Source: Cyanidioschyzon merolae (Eukaryota). From it: a stretch of 64,000 bases of DNA. The notes under the pieces were generated by a model, which worked only from the letters and a program-made list of their open reading frames with translations, made no database searches and was not told where the DNA came from. Location: NCBI GenBank assembly GCA_000091205.1, contig AP006501.2, one strand, 5' to 3'. Position numbers and translations under genes: made by a program. Shown one piece after another: positions 44,400-56,634 of the stretch (within the stretch, counting starts at the first letter, position 1; every line of letters starts with the position of its first letter).

Positions 44400-45908
44400 A
44401 ATTATCGCTCTTTACAGATTCCTTGGTTGAAGCAACCAGTCAATAAATAAAAATATATCGTCATTGGAACAAAAAATGTTTGTCGAACAGTGAGAGTAAA
44501 CATATAAACTCAAGCGCAGACGACTTCCAGCCATTTTTGACCGGGCACCTGCTATCGGTTTCAGCTTCTCCTTATACACTTCAAGCCTGAAAGGCAGCTT
44601 CACGAAGTTCTCTGGCGTCAGCTATGCGATTCTCGTCTTCAGCACCGCACATCGTCTGATGTTGATATCGGTTTCGAAGTCTCGGCTCACGATCTCCTTG
44701 CATACATTGCTGCTAGTTAACGTTATTTATGCAAGGGTTCCTTGAACTCGTGCCCTTTGTGCCCCTACAGTCTCGTCATCCTACTGTCGGGCAGACACCT
44801 TGCATCGCACATCTCTCATCGTCATCTTTTCCGTGGTCACTTGCTCCTCATCGCTCGATGGTCGCCAAGGAGAGAATTTTTCGCTTGTTCGTCGAACCCG
44901 CAGGCAAGGGGCCTCCAGGACCCTCCACTTCCATGTCCATAAGTTTCCTTTATACAGTATGGTCTTGAAAATGAATGCACCTCTTTATGAACTCAGGTGA
45001 GAAAATTCCTCAAGCGTGAAGCTCTTGCGTAGGAGAGACGAAATGTGCCCCAGTGTGTCGTCGTGTGCTGAAAGCTTCAGCGATTCGGCCAGCGGAGGGA
45101 TCATTACGTTTCACGATCCAAAACGGTCATTCGAAGACGTTGAATCACGGCAATTACGGAGGGATGAAAAGCTACTGTACCCAGGCAGGATCCGCAAATG
45201 CTCGAAACCAAGTCGAATTGTTAAATACCATGTTGATCAATGGAAGGACGTCGCCAGACGTCAGGAGTAAAGTCTTTAATGATTCCACAAACTTGGTGGC
45301 GCTGTTGTATGAGCCTTCTTCACTTGCGAAACTGAGGCCATCAAATGAATCCATTCCAGCTTGAACTGATGAAGATATCATCGTTCTCTTCGAGTACCTT
45401 CATGCATGCATCGGGCCCCCAGTCAGCGAATACCCATCCATGCCCCGATCGTTTTTCCGAAGAAGGTTTCATCGATTTGAAAAACATACCAATGTCTCTG
45501 TGCTTCATATCGATCGCAGCGTTCCGAGAATTCTGTCGTTGCGATTTCGGTGGAAGCTGACGTTCATTGAACTTTGACTTTCTTGTAAGCGTATCCTAGT
45601 GTTTTCAAGACTACACGAACAAACTGCTGAGTAACCGAGACGCCCGTGGAGACTTTCATCGTCCTTTTTGCTTTCCGTAAGGCGATTAACGGGACGTTTT
45701 CTACCACCGACAGCAGGCAATCTCCGAGAATATTGGTTTTTTGCCTGTAGTGTACATGCTTCTCTCCTTCCAGTGTTCCTGAACCATCTGAAACTGTGGT
45801 ATGACTGACCTGCAGAAGGAATGCAGTATTCCGTGTATTGCTCAGTAAAGAACATATACTGGGCATTTCGTCTACATTCTGTGGGGTATCTTGCCGGGCC
45901 ACTTCGAT
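44400..45908 (-). pseudogene. Degenerate Fanzor-like pseudogene (X1), interrupted at its 5' side by a retrotransposon insertion. Inverted paralogue at 58830-60200
   Basis: The 3' end translates (with frameshifts) to '...RLEVYKEKLKPIAGARSK'. Its nucleotide sequence aligns with 38960-39440 and with 59830-60200. The body, 44990-45910, matches 58900-59820 inverted. The section reading '...VTQQFVRVVLKTLG' recalls '...[10 protein letters not shown]' of the intact copy. Confidence 0.55.
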
Positions 45909-48900
45909 TTTTCTTTAATCACTGACGAAATGTTTACCTAAGCCAGCGTTCTCCGATTATGCGCATTTTTCGTTTCTTAATTTTTTTGTGTTTTTTGTCA
46001 GTGTGAGGTGGGATATCCATCAACCCCCTACCTCCATGTTACATTACCTATACTTCGTCTCGGATATTCTGGTCGTTTCATGCGTCCTATCGGGTGCCGA
46101 GCCTGCCGAAAGCGACAGCAATAGCGCCTATAGCGCCGGTGCAGTCGCTGCACGGAGACAGAACGGCGTTGCCGTACCACAAAGAGCGTCTGCTCGAGGT
46201 GTGCTTCACCCGACGTAGAATCGGGTCTCGTCGTCAGTTTGTGCTCGGATAGTCTGCAAATGCAGGCTTGCCTTCGCTGCAATACACGCTGTAGAAACTT
46301 GGCTGTTAGGATATATCCTGAGAGCCGCCTCTCTCCTTCGTGATCATGCATGGAATGCGTTGTTGTCGGTTGGCAATGCGGGTTTGTGCTTGACACCCAT
46401 CACAGTGGGTAGGCACAAAGAGCACTAAACCCGTGTGCTCATCCGATTCGTTGGACCTGCTGCCTAGAAGGTAGAGTTTGAGTTTATTGGCCACTCATGA
46501 GCGCTGAGGCTCCGTTAGCGCACCATCAGTTGCCAGTGCTACACTCAGAGTGAGTGTCCGGCCTTCGACAATCACGGTGATGTCCAGCTGCTGCTGTCCT
46601 CCAAGGAACTCGCTGCGCTCCTGCTTCGAGCGCGGGCACTGTAAGCTTAAATATGTCAGCGTCTCGGGGATTTCGTCTCGATAGCAGGTACAGTGTGACT
46701 CCCAGTGCGGTTCCAGTGTTCCCGTACGGAGTAGAGCCGGTGCTGGTAGCCAGAAGCCACCAACGCGGATTTTGGCGAGCCACTGGGTACCGCGAGCAAG
46801 TCCCGGGAATTCCAGCGCCTCCCACCAGTACTTGCTTGTGTATGCTAGGTTGTAGTTCCGGTATAGAGTCAAGCCGGCGTTACTGGCGCGACTGGTACCG
46901 TGTCTACCTTCCCATATTGGCGTTCGGACCGTTCGCTAGAGGCGGCGGGAGCCTTGTACATTTCTGGGGAACGATTGGAGCGCATTTTCGCGTAAGAGGC
47001 GCTTTAGCCAAATCTGCGCTGATTTCATCCAAGTTTTCTTGCGGTGCGTTGGGGTCTGCATGAAAATCCGACTCAAAGGGGTGCGCATAGTGGGCCCTTT
47101 GGCCCGTATACATGCCCAGCAGCCTGCTGCTATCGCTTCTATCGAGGCTATTTGGAGTTCAAGTCCGAGTGCCAGCGGGTTGGTTGCTCTGCGCTGCATT
47201 GAGCATCCAACAACAACAACGAGTCGCATTGCCCTGTTGGCAGCTGTCTGCAGACGCGAGGCATTTGTGTGCTTCATGCCGCACCATTCAGCACCCCAGG
47301 TCGAAGGCTGGATGATACACATCCTTAGTGCCCTCGTACGGATTGCTAAGGGGATAGAGGGGTCGGATGGGAATGGGCGTGCGATCGCTGTACGTCTATG
47401 CATCTTGGCGATCATCTCGTCGACGTGAGCCTTTTCGTCGAGCGTCGGCGTGAGACAGACCCCCAGGTAGCGATATTTTTCCACGATCGGAATTTCCTGA
47501 TTCTGCAACCGCCATGAGCGATTGCGAATGCTCTGTGAGTCTCCATGGATGACCATGGCGCCGCACTTCAATGCTCCTATGTTCATAACCCAGCGATCGG
47601 CCCAGGCGCTGACTTGTTGCATGCTAGCCGCAAGCGTTTCCGGGGCGGGTGCCAACAGCACGACGTCGTCGGCAAGTAGAAGGCCTGCGAGGCGGTTTCT
47701 ATGTGAGGGCTCCTCATCGGGCATCTCCACAGTCTATCCACGGCACCTCAAGTCCGTATTGTCTGCGGTTGTTCAGCAGATCGTTGATGAAGATGTTGAA
47801 AAGGCGCGGGGATGCGCGGTCGCCCTGTCGCAGTCCACGGCGGATTCTTATCGAAGGGGTTCTTGAGCAGTCGCCCAGTCGGGTGCACATCCACGAGTCT
47901 GCATAGAGCGCACGGAAGAACGCTAAGCACTTTCCGGAGACTCCGGCACGTTCCATCTTCAGAAATGGAGCCTCGTGCGGGACCGTTTCAAAGGCCTTTT
48001 GAAAGTCGATGAAGCATACGTAAGTTGGTTGTTGGCAGCTAATGGAGCGACGTTGCACCACTTCAATGAAGGTCAGGTCATGGCTCATGTACTCCTCGCG
48101 GCTCCGGAATCCAGCCTGTTCTGGGGCGAGGAATTTGCGTTCCTCGAGGCCCCTCTGAGTCCGGTTCGTGAGGTTGGCGCAAAGTAGCTTCATGATTTAC
48201 GGGATGAGGCGCATAGTCCGGTAGATATTCATGTCTGTGGGGTTCGGAGTCCTTTTTGAGGATCGGTACGACCTCGGCAGTCCTCCATACATCTGGGATG
48301 TACGCTTCTTCGAACATGCGTTGGATGAGCTCCAGAAGGCGCTTGCCTAAGATTGTGTCAGGTTCATCTGGTATCGATAGTGTCCCTGTTGTCTCGTCTT
48401 TTGGGGTCGCCAGTTTCATCCACTCCGTAGGGATACCGTCAAAGCCAGGTGTTTTGCGGTTGCATGACCTTAAGAGGGTCCGGACAGATTCAGGCCAGAA
48501 GATTGGGTCGTTCCATACCGGTACCGGGTCGAGGCGCGGTAGTTCTGCAGCATATTGGTGCCAATAGATTGGGTCTTGGCAGTGCCCAGTTGCGTCTTCA
48601 TGCAGCTCTGTCCCGTGGTCTATCCAGGCCTCATTCACTGAGGCACTCTCCGTCCTCAGCGCTTCCTTATAAACAATTGGTGTGAGCCCCAGGCACTTTC
48701 TTGGTGGGTCCAGTCTCGATCGAATGGAGCGCCATGTCTCATCTTCGTTGGTGCTCTCCAGCATAGATTTCGCCAGGGAGGCGATTCTGCGATTTCGATC
48801 CTCCTGTTTGTCTTCTCTGGAAAGTTTCTTCTTTCTTTTGATAGCTTCCTCATGTTGTGCCTGTAGCGCCGTTAGGACTGCCTTCGCTTCCTTGTCTCCG

Positions 48901-50981
48901 GCGTTGGCGCGTATGGCGGTGCGGTTGACGATCTTGTTGAGTCGGTGGCATCCATCAATCTGTGCTTTTTTACGTCGTTTCAGGTACTGAGGTTTGCAAC
49001 TGTTGCGTTCTGGTGCAAGCAGTCCCAGTTCTCTGGCAATCTTCTGATTCCCATCTACATACTCGCGTGCCAATTGGTCAAAAGATTTGTATGCACGGCT
49101 TTTCGGATCTTCAACGCTGTGAGCAGGTGCCTGGGTTTGGCGACGGCTTTCTTGAGTTCCAGCTGGGGTGCCCTCTCGGGGGATACCTTGTGATGAGCTC
49201 ATTTGGGAGTTCTTTTTTCTATTCTTCTGTTTTTTTCTTGCTGGTCTTTTTCTTCTTCGGGCTCTTTCCTGAGCTGCTTTCTCTGGTTATTCTTCTGGTA
49301 CGTGGATCATGATGCCAGCGTGTCTATCCTTCCGTATCGCCTTGAGTCTCTTTTCCTATTGTAGATCACTCTATTGTTGTCTCTTCTTCGTTAATGTACT
49401 GATAATTCGTTATCTTTTCTCGGAAGGCTGCAAGTGACTTGTTGGTTAGTATCCGGGCTTGGTATGTTGAGGGTGCAATTGCTGGTAACCCTCGCTGTGC
49501 GCTCTGAGTCGTGTCGGCTACTGGTTCAGCATTTTGGTTCCTCGGGCGCGGGTACCATCTGCAGTGGATGGGCCAGTGATCTGAGGCATCCCAAATTCGG
49601 TCAACGGCGGTATGTTGGAGTGCCGGGTCGCATCGGTCGCTTAAGATGTGGTCTATCGATGAGCGAAGCAAACGTTGGTCGGTAATGCGGTGCCACGTCA
49701 GGGGTGAACCTCTACACGGATTCACCGACAGCAATCCGCATCTCATTCGTTGTAGGTGTTGCCTAAGGTGGCCCGCCGACATGTTAAAATCTCCCATAAT
49801 TATCATCGGTTCCTCATTCCGTGTGCGGCGTTTCAATCGCTGGATGTTGGAGGCCAACTCTTTGAGTGCCTGTCGGCGCATCTCACAGGCGTGTGGTATA
49901 TAAATGGAGCCCACAAGCCAAGGTGCAGGCTGACCTGGAATTGTAACACTCACAAAGACCATCCATGGAGACGGGTTGCCGACCGCATAGCAAGTGAGGC
50001 GTCGATCGACAGTGAGCGCAACACCACGTGTGCGTAACGAAGTTGGCTTGTCCGTAGGGTCTACGTACGTTGGTTCAACCGTGTTGTAGCCTGGGATATG
50101 CAGACGATAATACGTCTTTGTGTTCTCTGAGTGTAGTGTCTCCTGCAATGCCAGGATATGGACGTCTCAGCGTTCCAGGAAGTACCTTACGTCGTCTAGA
50201 ATCGAGGCTACCCCCAAAAATTTTCCATGATGCGAAACCTATCGAGTCGTAGCGCGTAAGGGAATAGGAATAGCGCTGCGGTACTCGAGAGATACGTTGT
50301 CGATTGAGATGCACCCTCCACGGCGTGTGAGAACGCACATGCCACCATTGCCTCCTGCATTCCAGTCGTTCAGTGAGTGTCTGCCGCAGCGCTAGCGTAG
50401 AATCAGATGTACATTAGTCAAAGTCGATTCGAATGCGACCTTTATCTTGCCGGACGCGTGAAGCTCCCCTCAATCACTGGGGATACGCTATGAACCACCC
50501 TGTCAGCGGCTTCGTATCCGCTCCCCAAATACATAGGCGGGCAAGTCGCTTATTCCAGCTTCGATCGCGAACATACTGCCAGCCGTCTTCCAAAGTATCC
50601 GCCGAAATTGTTCCCAAAGTTGAGGTAGGTACCCAATGTAGGAGGTAAACCGGAGCCCGAGTTTAAGGATCGATCCAAGATTTGCGCCCGAACCTGCAGC
50701 GTTGATTCGGGAGGGGCGGATAACTGCTCAGAATTTTCGTCAGCTTTTTCTGCTGCTGCTGCCTCCGCCCCTCCGTTCGTTGCGGTCAAGGTCCCTGGCG
50801 TGGGCTTCCTTCGCCGTCGCCCAAGCACCCCGTGTTTACCCACTTTCAGAGCTTCTCCGGAAAAACTAGACCTCTTAAGCAGGCATGGTGTGTGGGTCTT
50901 TAAGATAGTTGTTCTTTAATAAATAGTTTGCGACTAGTTTGTTTTGTTGTTTTTTATGTACGTTACGATTTTTTTTTCATT
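45909..50981 (-). mobile_element. Non-LTR retrotransposon (LINE) with APE-type endonuclease and reverse transcriptase; frameshifted and probably inactive. Flanked by a 15-bp target-site duplication
   Basis: APE/EEP domain 49366..50148(-) with 'MQETLHSEN', 'IIMGDFN', 'SDHWPI'. RT 46936..49202(-) with 'KTPGFDGIPTEWMKL', 'IPDVWRTAEVVPILKK', 'QAGFRS', 'FIDFQKAFETVPH', 'GLRQGDRASPRLFNIFINDL', 'LLADDVVL'. The ORF segments overlap out of frame. The direct repeat 'ccgggccacttcgat' occurs at 45894-45908 and at 50982-50996. Confidence 0.85.
46005..46235 (-). repeat. ~200-bp interspersed repeat, copy 3, embedded near the 3' side of the LINE
   Basis: Its reverse complement aligns with 27795-28010. Confidence 0.65.
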
Positions 50982-51189
50982 CCGGGCCACTTCGATCTCA
51001 AGCTATTCACCGCATCGAGGTTGAAACAAAATTCAGCTGGAAAAATATAATGCTGTAGGTGTTGCAGCCTTTTTGGCGTCCCGTCTTACGCAGCAGACTC
51101 TAGGTTGTCATAGGCTTTCGGAGGCACTCGCAGAACGAGCGTCATCTCGGTAGACAAATCAGTCTCAACTCCTCAATTTCTAGACGTGC

Positions 51190-52041
51190 ATGCTTCTGAC
51201 AAACAGCAGACAGCTGGGCTTCGTGGGGCCCGTCCACGGAAGGGGCTCACCAACGCGCTCGCTTGTCGGGCGTTTCCGGAGAGTAGGACGAACGCGCACT
51301 CCCCTTGAACGACTTGTTGCGACTCGAGAATGGGAGCGAGTGACAAATAGTCGCCAGCACCTTGTAGCTGTAGTTGCATTGGTGGCGCTTTTGTCAGGTT
51401 TTCCCGAGTGGACTGGGGGTGCAGCGTTCACGTCCACTTCGACACTTGCTAGTCAGGAGCGCGTAGAGGGCGGAGTCGTGTCGCCCGAGCGCTGGGAACT
51501 CCTTCCTGCACTAGAAGGCAAAGACTATGGGAAACCCCGTATGCGATACTCGGACTTTGTAACGTTACCTGATGGAGTACAGTATCGAGACGTGCGTATT
51601 GGCGACACGGAGATCACACCCCGCCCAGGTGACCGGGTGGTCCTCAACTGGAGTGGGTACACAATTGGTTACTATGGGCGAATTTTCGAGGCTAAAAATC
51701 GAGTACAGGGTGGCGCTTTTGGTGACGACCGCGAATATTCTCGCTACGTCCTTGGCCGAGGGGAACTCGTACCTGCTCTCGAAGAGACTCTGCTGACAAT
51801 GCATCCGGGAGGTGTTAGACAGGTGATCGTTCCGCCCGAGCGCGGGTATCCTCTAGACGGCTCGGACTGGAACCACGATCGTGTCGGACCAAAACCACGG
51901 ACCTTCAGCGGCATGCGTGCTCTCAATTTTGTGCTTGAGAACAAGGGCCTCGTAGACAAGACGCTACTGTTTAACATAGAGTTGATCCGAATTGATCGAC
52001 CTGGCGAAAACGGCTTCGAAACTGTTGGACGACGGCAATGA
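51190..52041 (+). CDS. FKBP-type peptidyl-prolyl cis-trans isomerase, probably organelle/lumen-targeted
   Basis: ATG at 51190. The FKBP fold motifs are 'GVQYRDVRIGDTEITPRPGDRVVLNWSGYTIGYYGRIFEA...RYVLGRGELVPALEETLLTMHPGGVRQVIVPPERGYP'. A long N-terminal presequence is present. Confidence 0.75.
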   Translation: MLLTNSRQLGFVGPVHGRGSPTRSLVGRFRRVGRTRTPLERLVATREWERVTNSRQHLVAVVALVALLSGFPEWTGGAAFTSTSTLASQERVEGGVVSPERWELLPALEGKDYGKPRMRYSDFVTLPDGVQYRDVRIGDTEITPRPGDRVVLNWSGYTIGYYGRIFEAKNRVQGGAFGDDREYSRYVLGRGELVPALEETLLTMHPGGVRQVIVPPERGYPLDGSDWNHDRVGPKPRTFSGMRALNFVLENKGLVDKTLLFNIELIRIDRPGENGFETVGRRQ

Positions 52042-52908
52042 ATGACGCACTCCACATTGAGAAAGAGACAGCTCATTGTATTCGCCTTCCATGTTCGCCG
52101 CGCCCCTCAGTTGGAAGCGATGAAGCACGGAAGCCTTCAGTGGCATCTACTTTATGGCGATTGTCAGTGAAATTGCTCAGCAGAGTTCGCCCTCGCTGTG
52201 CTGCTGTTCGTACTGGAGGCGTATACACTACCCACGAACCATATCCATGATAGCATCACTGTTTGCGTTGATCGATCATTTAGCGCATTGCAGGACTGGC
52301 ATCTCGTACTGACTAACATGCTACTGGTCCGTCTCGCACAGCGCAGCGTGAGAAAAATTCATGTCATAATGCGGGCACCTTCGGCGCCATTATGCCGCCG
52401 CCTTGTGCATTTTTGAGTACGCGCTGCATAGAATGTGAAGCGGTGCGAGCGACAGCTGGTTGAGGAAATATGCAGGGCTTTGTTCCGATCACTTTAAAGG
52501 CGACTGCAACAAAACAGAGCTCTGCATTATGGCCAAAAAAAGCGATGATCCCCCCGCAAGAAATGTTACATTCGTGAAAATTGTTCACGTTCAGGCAGGA
52601 TTCTGCTGATGGAGCTCATACGCTTTGGCGTTTGAACGAATCGGCCAAAGTGTGAGCAATGCTTGTGGAGGTGGCGCTCTAATGCGACTAAGACTTCCTA
52701 CGATGCACCGGAGGCCAGCTCTTTAACATTCAAAAACATAATCACTCTCACATCTTGACGGTTCTCCGAGAGCGTTGTGCTTTGCGCATGAGGTTTCCTG
52801 CAAGTCGCGATTATTACTACGGAATGGGTGAATCCACGAAACGAACGCTAGAGAAGTTGTGCTGGCAACACCACGAATACACAGTTTCGAAAAATGTTAA
52901 CACCAGTC

Positions 52909-54456
52909 TCACTGGTGTTTCCGAACGTCATCTATGGGCTTCCTTTCGAGCCCAAGCGTACGTAGGATAACCAATAAAATTAGCTCCTTTGCCATGGCGA
53001 ACATGATATACGGCCGGAAGAGTTGGCTCTTAGGCCGCTGGCCAGTCATGATGCGCGCCCATTCCGCCAAGAATTCATCACCTTGCTTCTCAATGCACAG
53101 CGTCGCCGCATCCAGCAGAATTGGGAAGCGATACAGAATTTGGGCGAGCCGCATGCTCGCTTTGAAGTCATAGCCAAAAGCCCGCATCCAGCGACGTTGA
53201 TAGTTGGACAGGAAACGGGCGGACAAGTCCGAATGTTTGAATGCTTCTTTGAGCACCTCTGCAGCCATCACTCCGGAATCCATTGCATGATGGATGCCCT
53301 CGCCAGTCAGGGGATCGATGAAGCCAGCAGCATCACCAACGATCAGCAAATTATCCGCATAGGATCGTGGCACACCACCCAGTCGCAAAGAGCCAGCCTT
53401 CATGGGCTCTAACTCTGCCCTGGGGCCGAGCGCTCGCGATAAATAGAAGTCCTCTTTCACGAACCCGTGATGCAGGCGGCTCAAATCATCGTTACGCACC
53501 CGCGGATTACCAGGGATGATGTAACAGCAATAGTTCAGCTCGTCGTTCACTTCCCGGAAAATAGCCATGTAGCCCGGTAACAGGTTCAGATTGTAGATCA
53601 CCGTTCCATCCGCAGCATAATTGTGTGAGCCGGCCTTCACATACGCGCGAGAGCACGTACCCTGAGGCGCCTCTTTCACAATACCAAGCTGCATTGCCAA
53701 CCTTGATGGCGCTCCATCGGCACAAACCAACACCCGAGCCTGGTAAGAGGCCTCCTCAGGAGCGCTTCCAGTTCGCTCACCGCTAATGCTCCATAAAGCC
53801 TTTCCTGTGTCGAAACGCGCGCTCTCTACACTTACCTCTTCGAGGAGATTCGCGCCAGCGTAAGCGGCTGATCTTGCCAACTTCTCGTCCAGTACGATGC
53901 GCTTTATCGCAATGACTGCAGATCGAGCCAATTTACCGGAATCACCCTCACCGACCGAGTTACCGATATAAGAATAGCCAGCGGGCGAGACGAGTCCCCC
54001 GTTCGATGCCGGGTGGCCCTTGCCTTCGCGTAGAATCTCGTCCAGTACGCTGCCTTTACCGGTCGCACTCTCCATTCTCTCCATTATATCTTGTGCCAGC
54101 GTGCACACGGCATCACCGCAGATTTTCTGGCGGGGAAACTTTTTCTTCTCTAGGAGAAGAACACGTAAGCCCGCCCGCGCACAAAAGTACGCAGTCACTG
54201 AACCGGCCGGTCCAGCGCCTACTATGCAAACATCGTAAGCATCTTTTGGCAAAGGCGGGTACGACTTGGGACTCGGCTTTACAAGAGTTGTTTCCTTTCT
54301 CCAGGTACGCAGCACCCAGAATATAGAGAGCAACGCGACAAGCACACAGCTCAGCGCTAGCAATGGTATAGGTTTTGTTGCCAGTGCCTCTAAAACTGGC
54401 TCTCGTAGTTTTGCGAAACGAGCGCCAACGCCCTGACTGAGCGCAACGAAGTACAT
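52909..54456 (-). CDS. Geranylgeranyl-reductase-family FAD-dependent oxidoreductase with an N-terminal TM/presequence
   Basis: ATG at 54456. Rossmann motif 'YDVCIVGAGPAGSVTAYFCARAGLRVLLLEKKKF...ICGDAV'. C-terminal FAD motif 'GDAAGFIDPLTGEGIHHAMDSG', typical of the GGR/ChlP family. Confidence 0.75.
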   Translation of the reverse strand: MYFVALSQGVGARFAKLREPVLEALATKPIPLLALSCVLVALLSIFWVLRTWRKETTLVKPSPKSYPPLPKDAYDVCIVGAGPAGSVTAYFCARAGLRVLLLEKKKFPRQKICGDAVCTLAQDIMERMESATGKGSVLDEILREGKGHPASNGGLVSPAGYSYIGNSVGEGDSGKLARSAVIAIKRIVLDEKLARSAAYAGANLLEEVSVESARFDTGKALWSISGERTGSAPEEASYQARVLVCADGAPSRLAMQLGIVKEAPQGTCSRAYVKAGSHNYAADGTVIYNLNLLPGYMAIFREVNDELNYCCYIIPGNPRVRNDDLSRLHHGFVKEDFYLSRALGPRAELEPMKAGSLRLGGVPRSYADNLLIVGDAAGFIDPLTGEGIHHAMDSGVMAAEVLKEAFKHSDLSARFLSNYQRRWMRAFGYDFKASMRLAQILYRFPILLDAATLCIEKQGDEFLAEWARIMTGQRPKSQLFRPYIMFAMAKELILLVILRTLGLERKPIDDVRKHQ

Positions 54457-56634
54457 TTATATTCGGTTGTTGTACGAGATCAAAGCTGGGCTCTGTGCGT
54501 TCAGTTAGAGCTGACTGAATAAGTGCCTCTGCTGAGCGAAATATGCCACTGCCGTTGCAGACTCCGCGTGCAGTTCGTCCATTCGCAAATGCGTGTGAGT
54601 GTGCGTACAATGCGTACGTGCGTGTGTGCATCGCCCACAGCGACGAGCGCCAGCCGTACGAGCGCTTTGGGCCTGCGCGCCATTGCTGCGCCATTCGGTG
54701 GCTGGCTCATGATCGCCGCCGTGCGTGCAGACCTTGAGCGCACCCGCGTCGGAATAAATTGGAGAGAGGCCACGCTCCCAACTCTGGCGTAAAGAATAGA
54801 GAGTGAATCTCTTTATCAAAAAGAAGCGCATTTTCAAGCTTTTTTATGAATTCTTGATTTTTTCTCTTTTCTGTCTTGGAAAACACCGGGCTCTTTTTCC
54901 CATCTAGCTCTGTTGTCAGCAGTCGAGGGGTGTTGATGACAGCGTTCGAGTCCCAATTTTAAGGCTTTCTGATGTTGTCGACGCCGTACATTCGCAGACG
55001 GCTGTTGCGATCTAAGAGAGATCGCCATTTCGATTTCTTCGTATACGGCCTCAATGCGCCATCTGCAGCTGTGATTCTTGGTTATTTTGTGGTGTTCACG
55101 TACGTCAACTACACCTTATCTTCCTCGGGCCGCTCTGCGGCGAGATAACGTTTGCGATGTCATTCAGTGTGTGCCCCCGAGGGTAACGGCGGTTCGCCTC
55201 GATGACCTCCTCCGTATCCGCACCCGACGCCGACCTCCAGCATCACAGTCATCTTCCGGGAAATCCCACGATGGCTAAGCTGTCCGCTGGACACGCAAGC
55301 ACGCGCACCTCCATTCTTTGGAGGATTTGTGGAAAACGATTTTCTCTATGATGAAAAGAGAATCGAAAGGGAAACCCGGGTTGAGAAGCAGTCAGGATTT
55401 TTTGACAAAAGTATGCTGCATTCGTGCAAAGCGGTGATGCAATCACCGCTCGAAGCGGTCGATGCGATGAATCAAGTCCGAGCCCAAGACTCTTTCCCCG
55501 ACACACTTTAGAGATGGGAGCAAATGCGAGCATATCCCGTAAGAGGTATGACGCTCCAATGGAATGCAGTTAGGTCGATATCCATAAAATAGTAGGATTT
55601 AGGGTTCGAAAAGAAGCTTTTATTCTTCTCCTGAGATGTTCAGTGAGGTTTCGGCACGAGCATGTGATGATGTCGTCAAGCTTTCCCCTCATCTATCCAG
55701 GGTGCGACTTGTTCCGCGTACGAGCCTTCTTAAAAAAGACAGATCGAAAACATGAAGAATGCGTGATTTGCGCACGCAGAACGCAAGGGATGGTAATGAG
55801 CGGAGACTTGTTCGAATGAATTGGATAAGAATTTCAGTCATTTTACGAACCCTGCTTCGAAGGCGTCGAGAATCATCTTGATTTTCGGTAAGGTTATGAA
55901 TTCCAGCCGAAAAAGGCAAAGAAGCGACGAAGGAATGAGAAGCGAGAATCCTTAAGTTACGCATGAATGAATAGCCCTTCTTGCTGCACTTCGAATATCG
56001 ACACCGTATATCTGAGGAAAAGTTCCAAAGAGAAGTCAAGAGGGAGCAGTTCTGTTCTCCGTTTTGGTCTGATACAATTGTAAGAGCGGTGCTTGGCGAT
56101 TTCTTCGACACGACGTCGCCGAGTCCCGAGCAAGTGCCCGCTCCGCCAGAGGCACTGGTGGTTGTGTGCGCCAAACTCGACTCTTCTCGACGGACAATTC
56201 ACTGATTCTTTGGGCGTTTGCTTCCTTCAATACGCTTTTGAGGAGGCAGTATCAAACGCCCACTCCACCAGATGCATTCTGAGTTGATTGAAGAAACCTC
56301 GACTCGTCTCCAACAGTACTTTTCGGACTGCCGGGCTATCGACACATTTTCCAGAGGCATCCACTCATACTGGCATGACGCCCCAGCCGCATGCTGGCGA
56401 AGGAAATGAATGGATTTTTTCTCTGCATCTTAATCCACTAGCGCCTGTTCCCTGGGGGACCAAGACTGTAGCAGAAGGCGAAAAATTGGCCAGTGTAAAG
56501 ACTCTATTAGGTTTCCGGACAATGATCATGCAGTTAAAAAATTGCCTCGCCTTCCAGAGCACGTCTGTTGTGTACAAATTTTGTAAGCAGTTTTGGAAAC
56601 GGCTAGGGCTCACGGAAACGTTTCAGCTCAACCG

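Noticed and set aside
44990-45910. Tc1/mariner-like transposase remnants in the X1/X2 repeat body (strings resembling 'NARPH...PPYSPDL' and 'DE..F' motifs)
   Set aside because: The candidate N-terminal and C-terminal transposase-like pieces lie on opposite strands, so they cannot belong to one transposase. The body is better explained as decayed upstream Fanzor coding sequence. The resemblance is low-complexity coincidence.
54540-54700. GT/GC-rich purine-pyrimidine alternating stretch ('gtgtgagtgtgcgtacaatgcgtacgtgcgtgtgtgcatcgc')
   Set aside because: Short and imperfect. It could form Z-DNA-prone sequence, but nothing beyond simple sequence bias is demonstrable.
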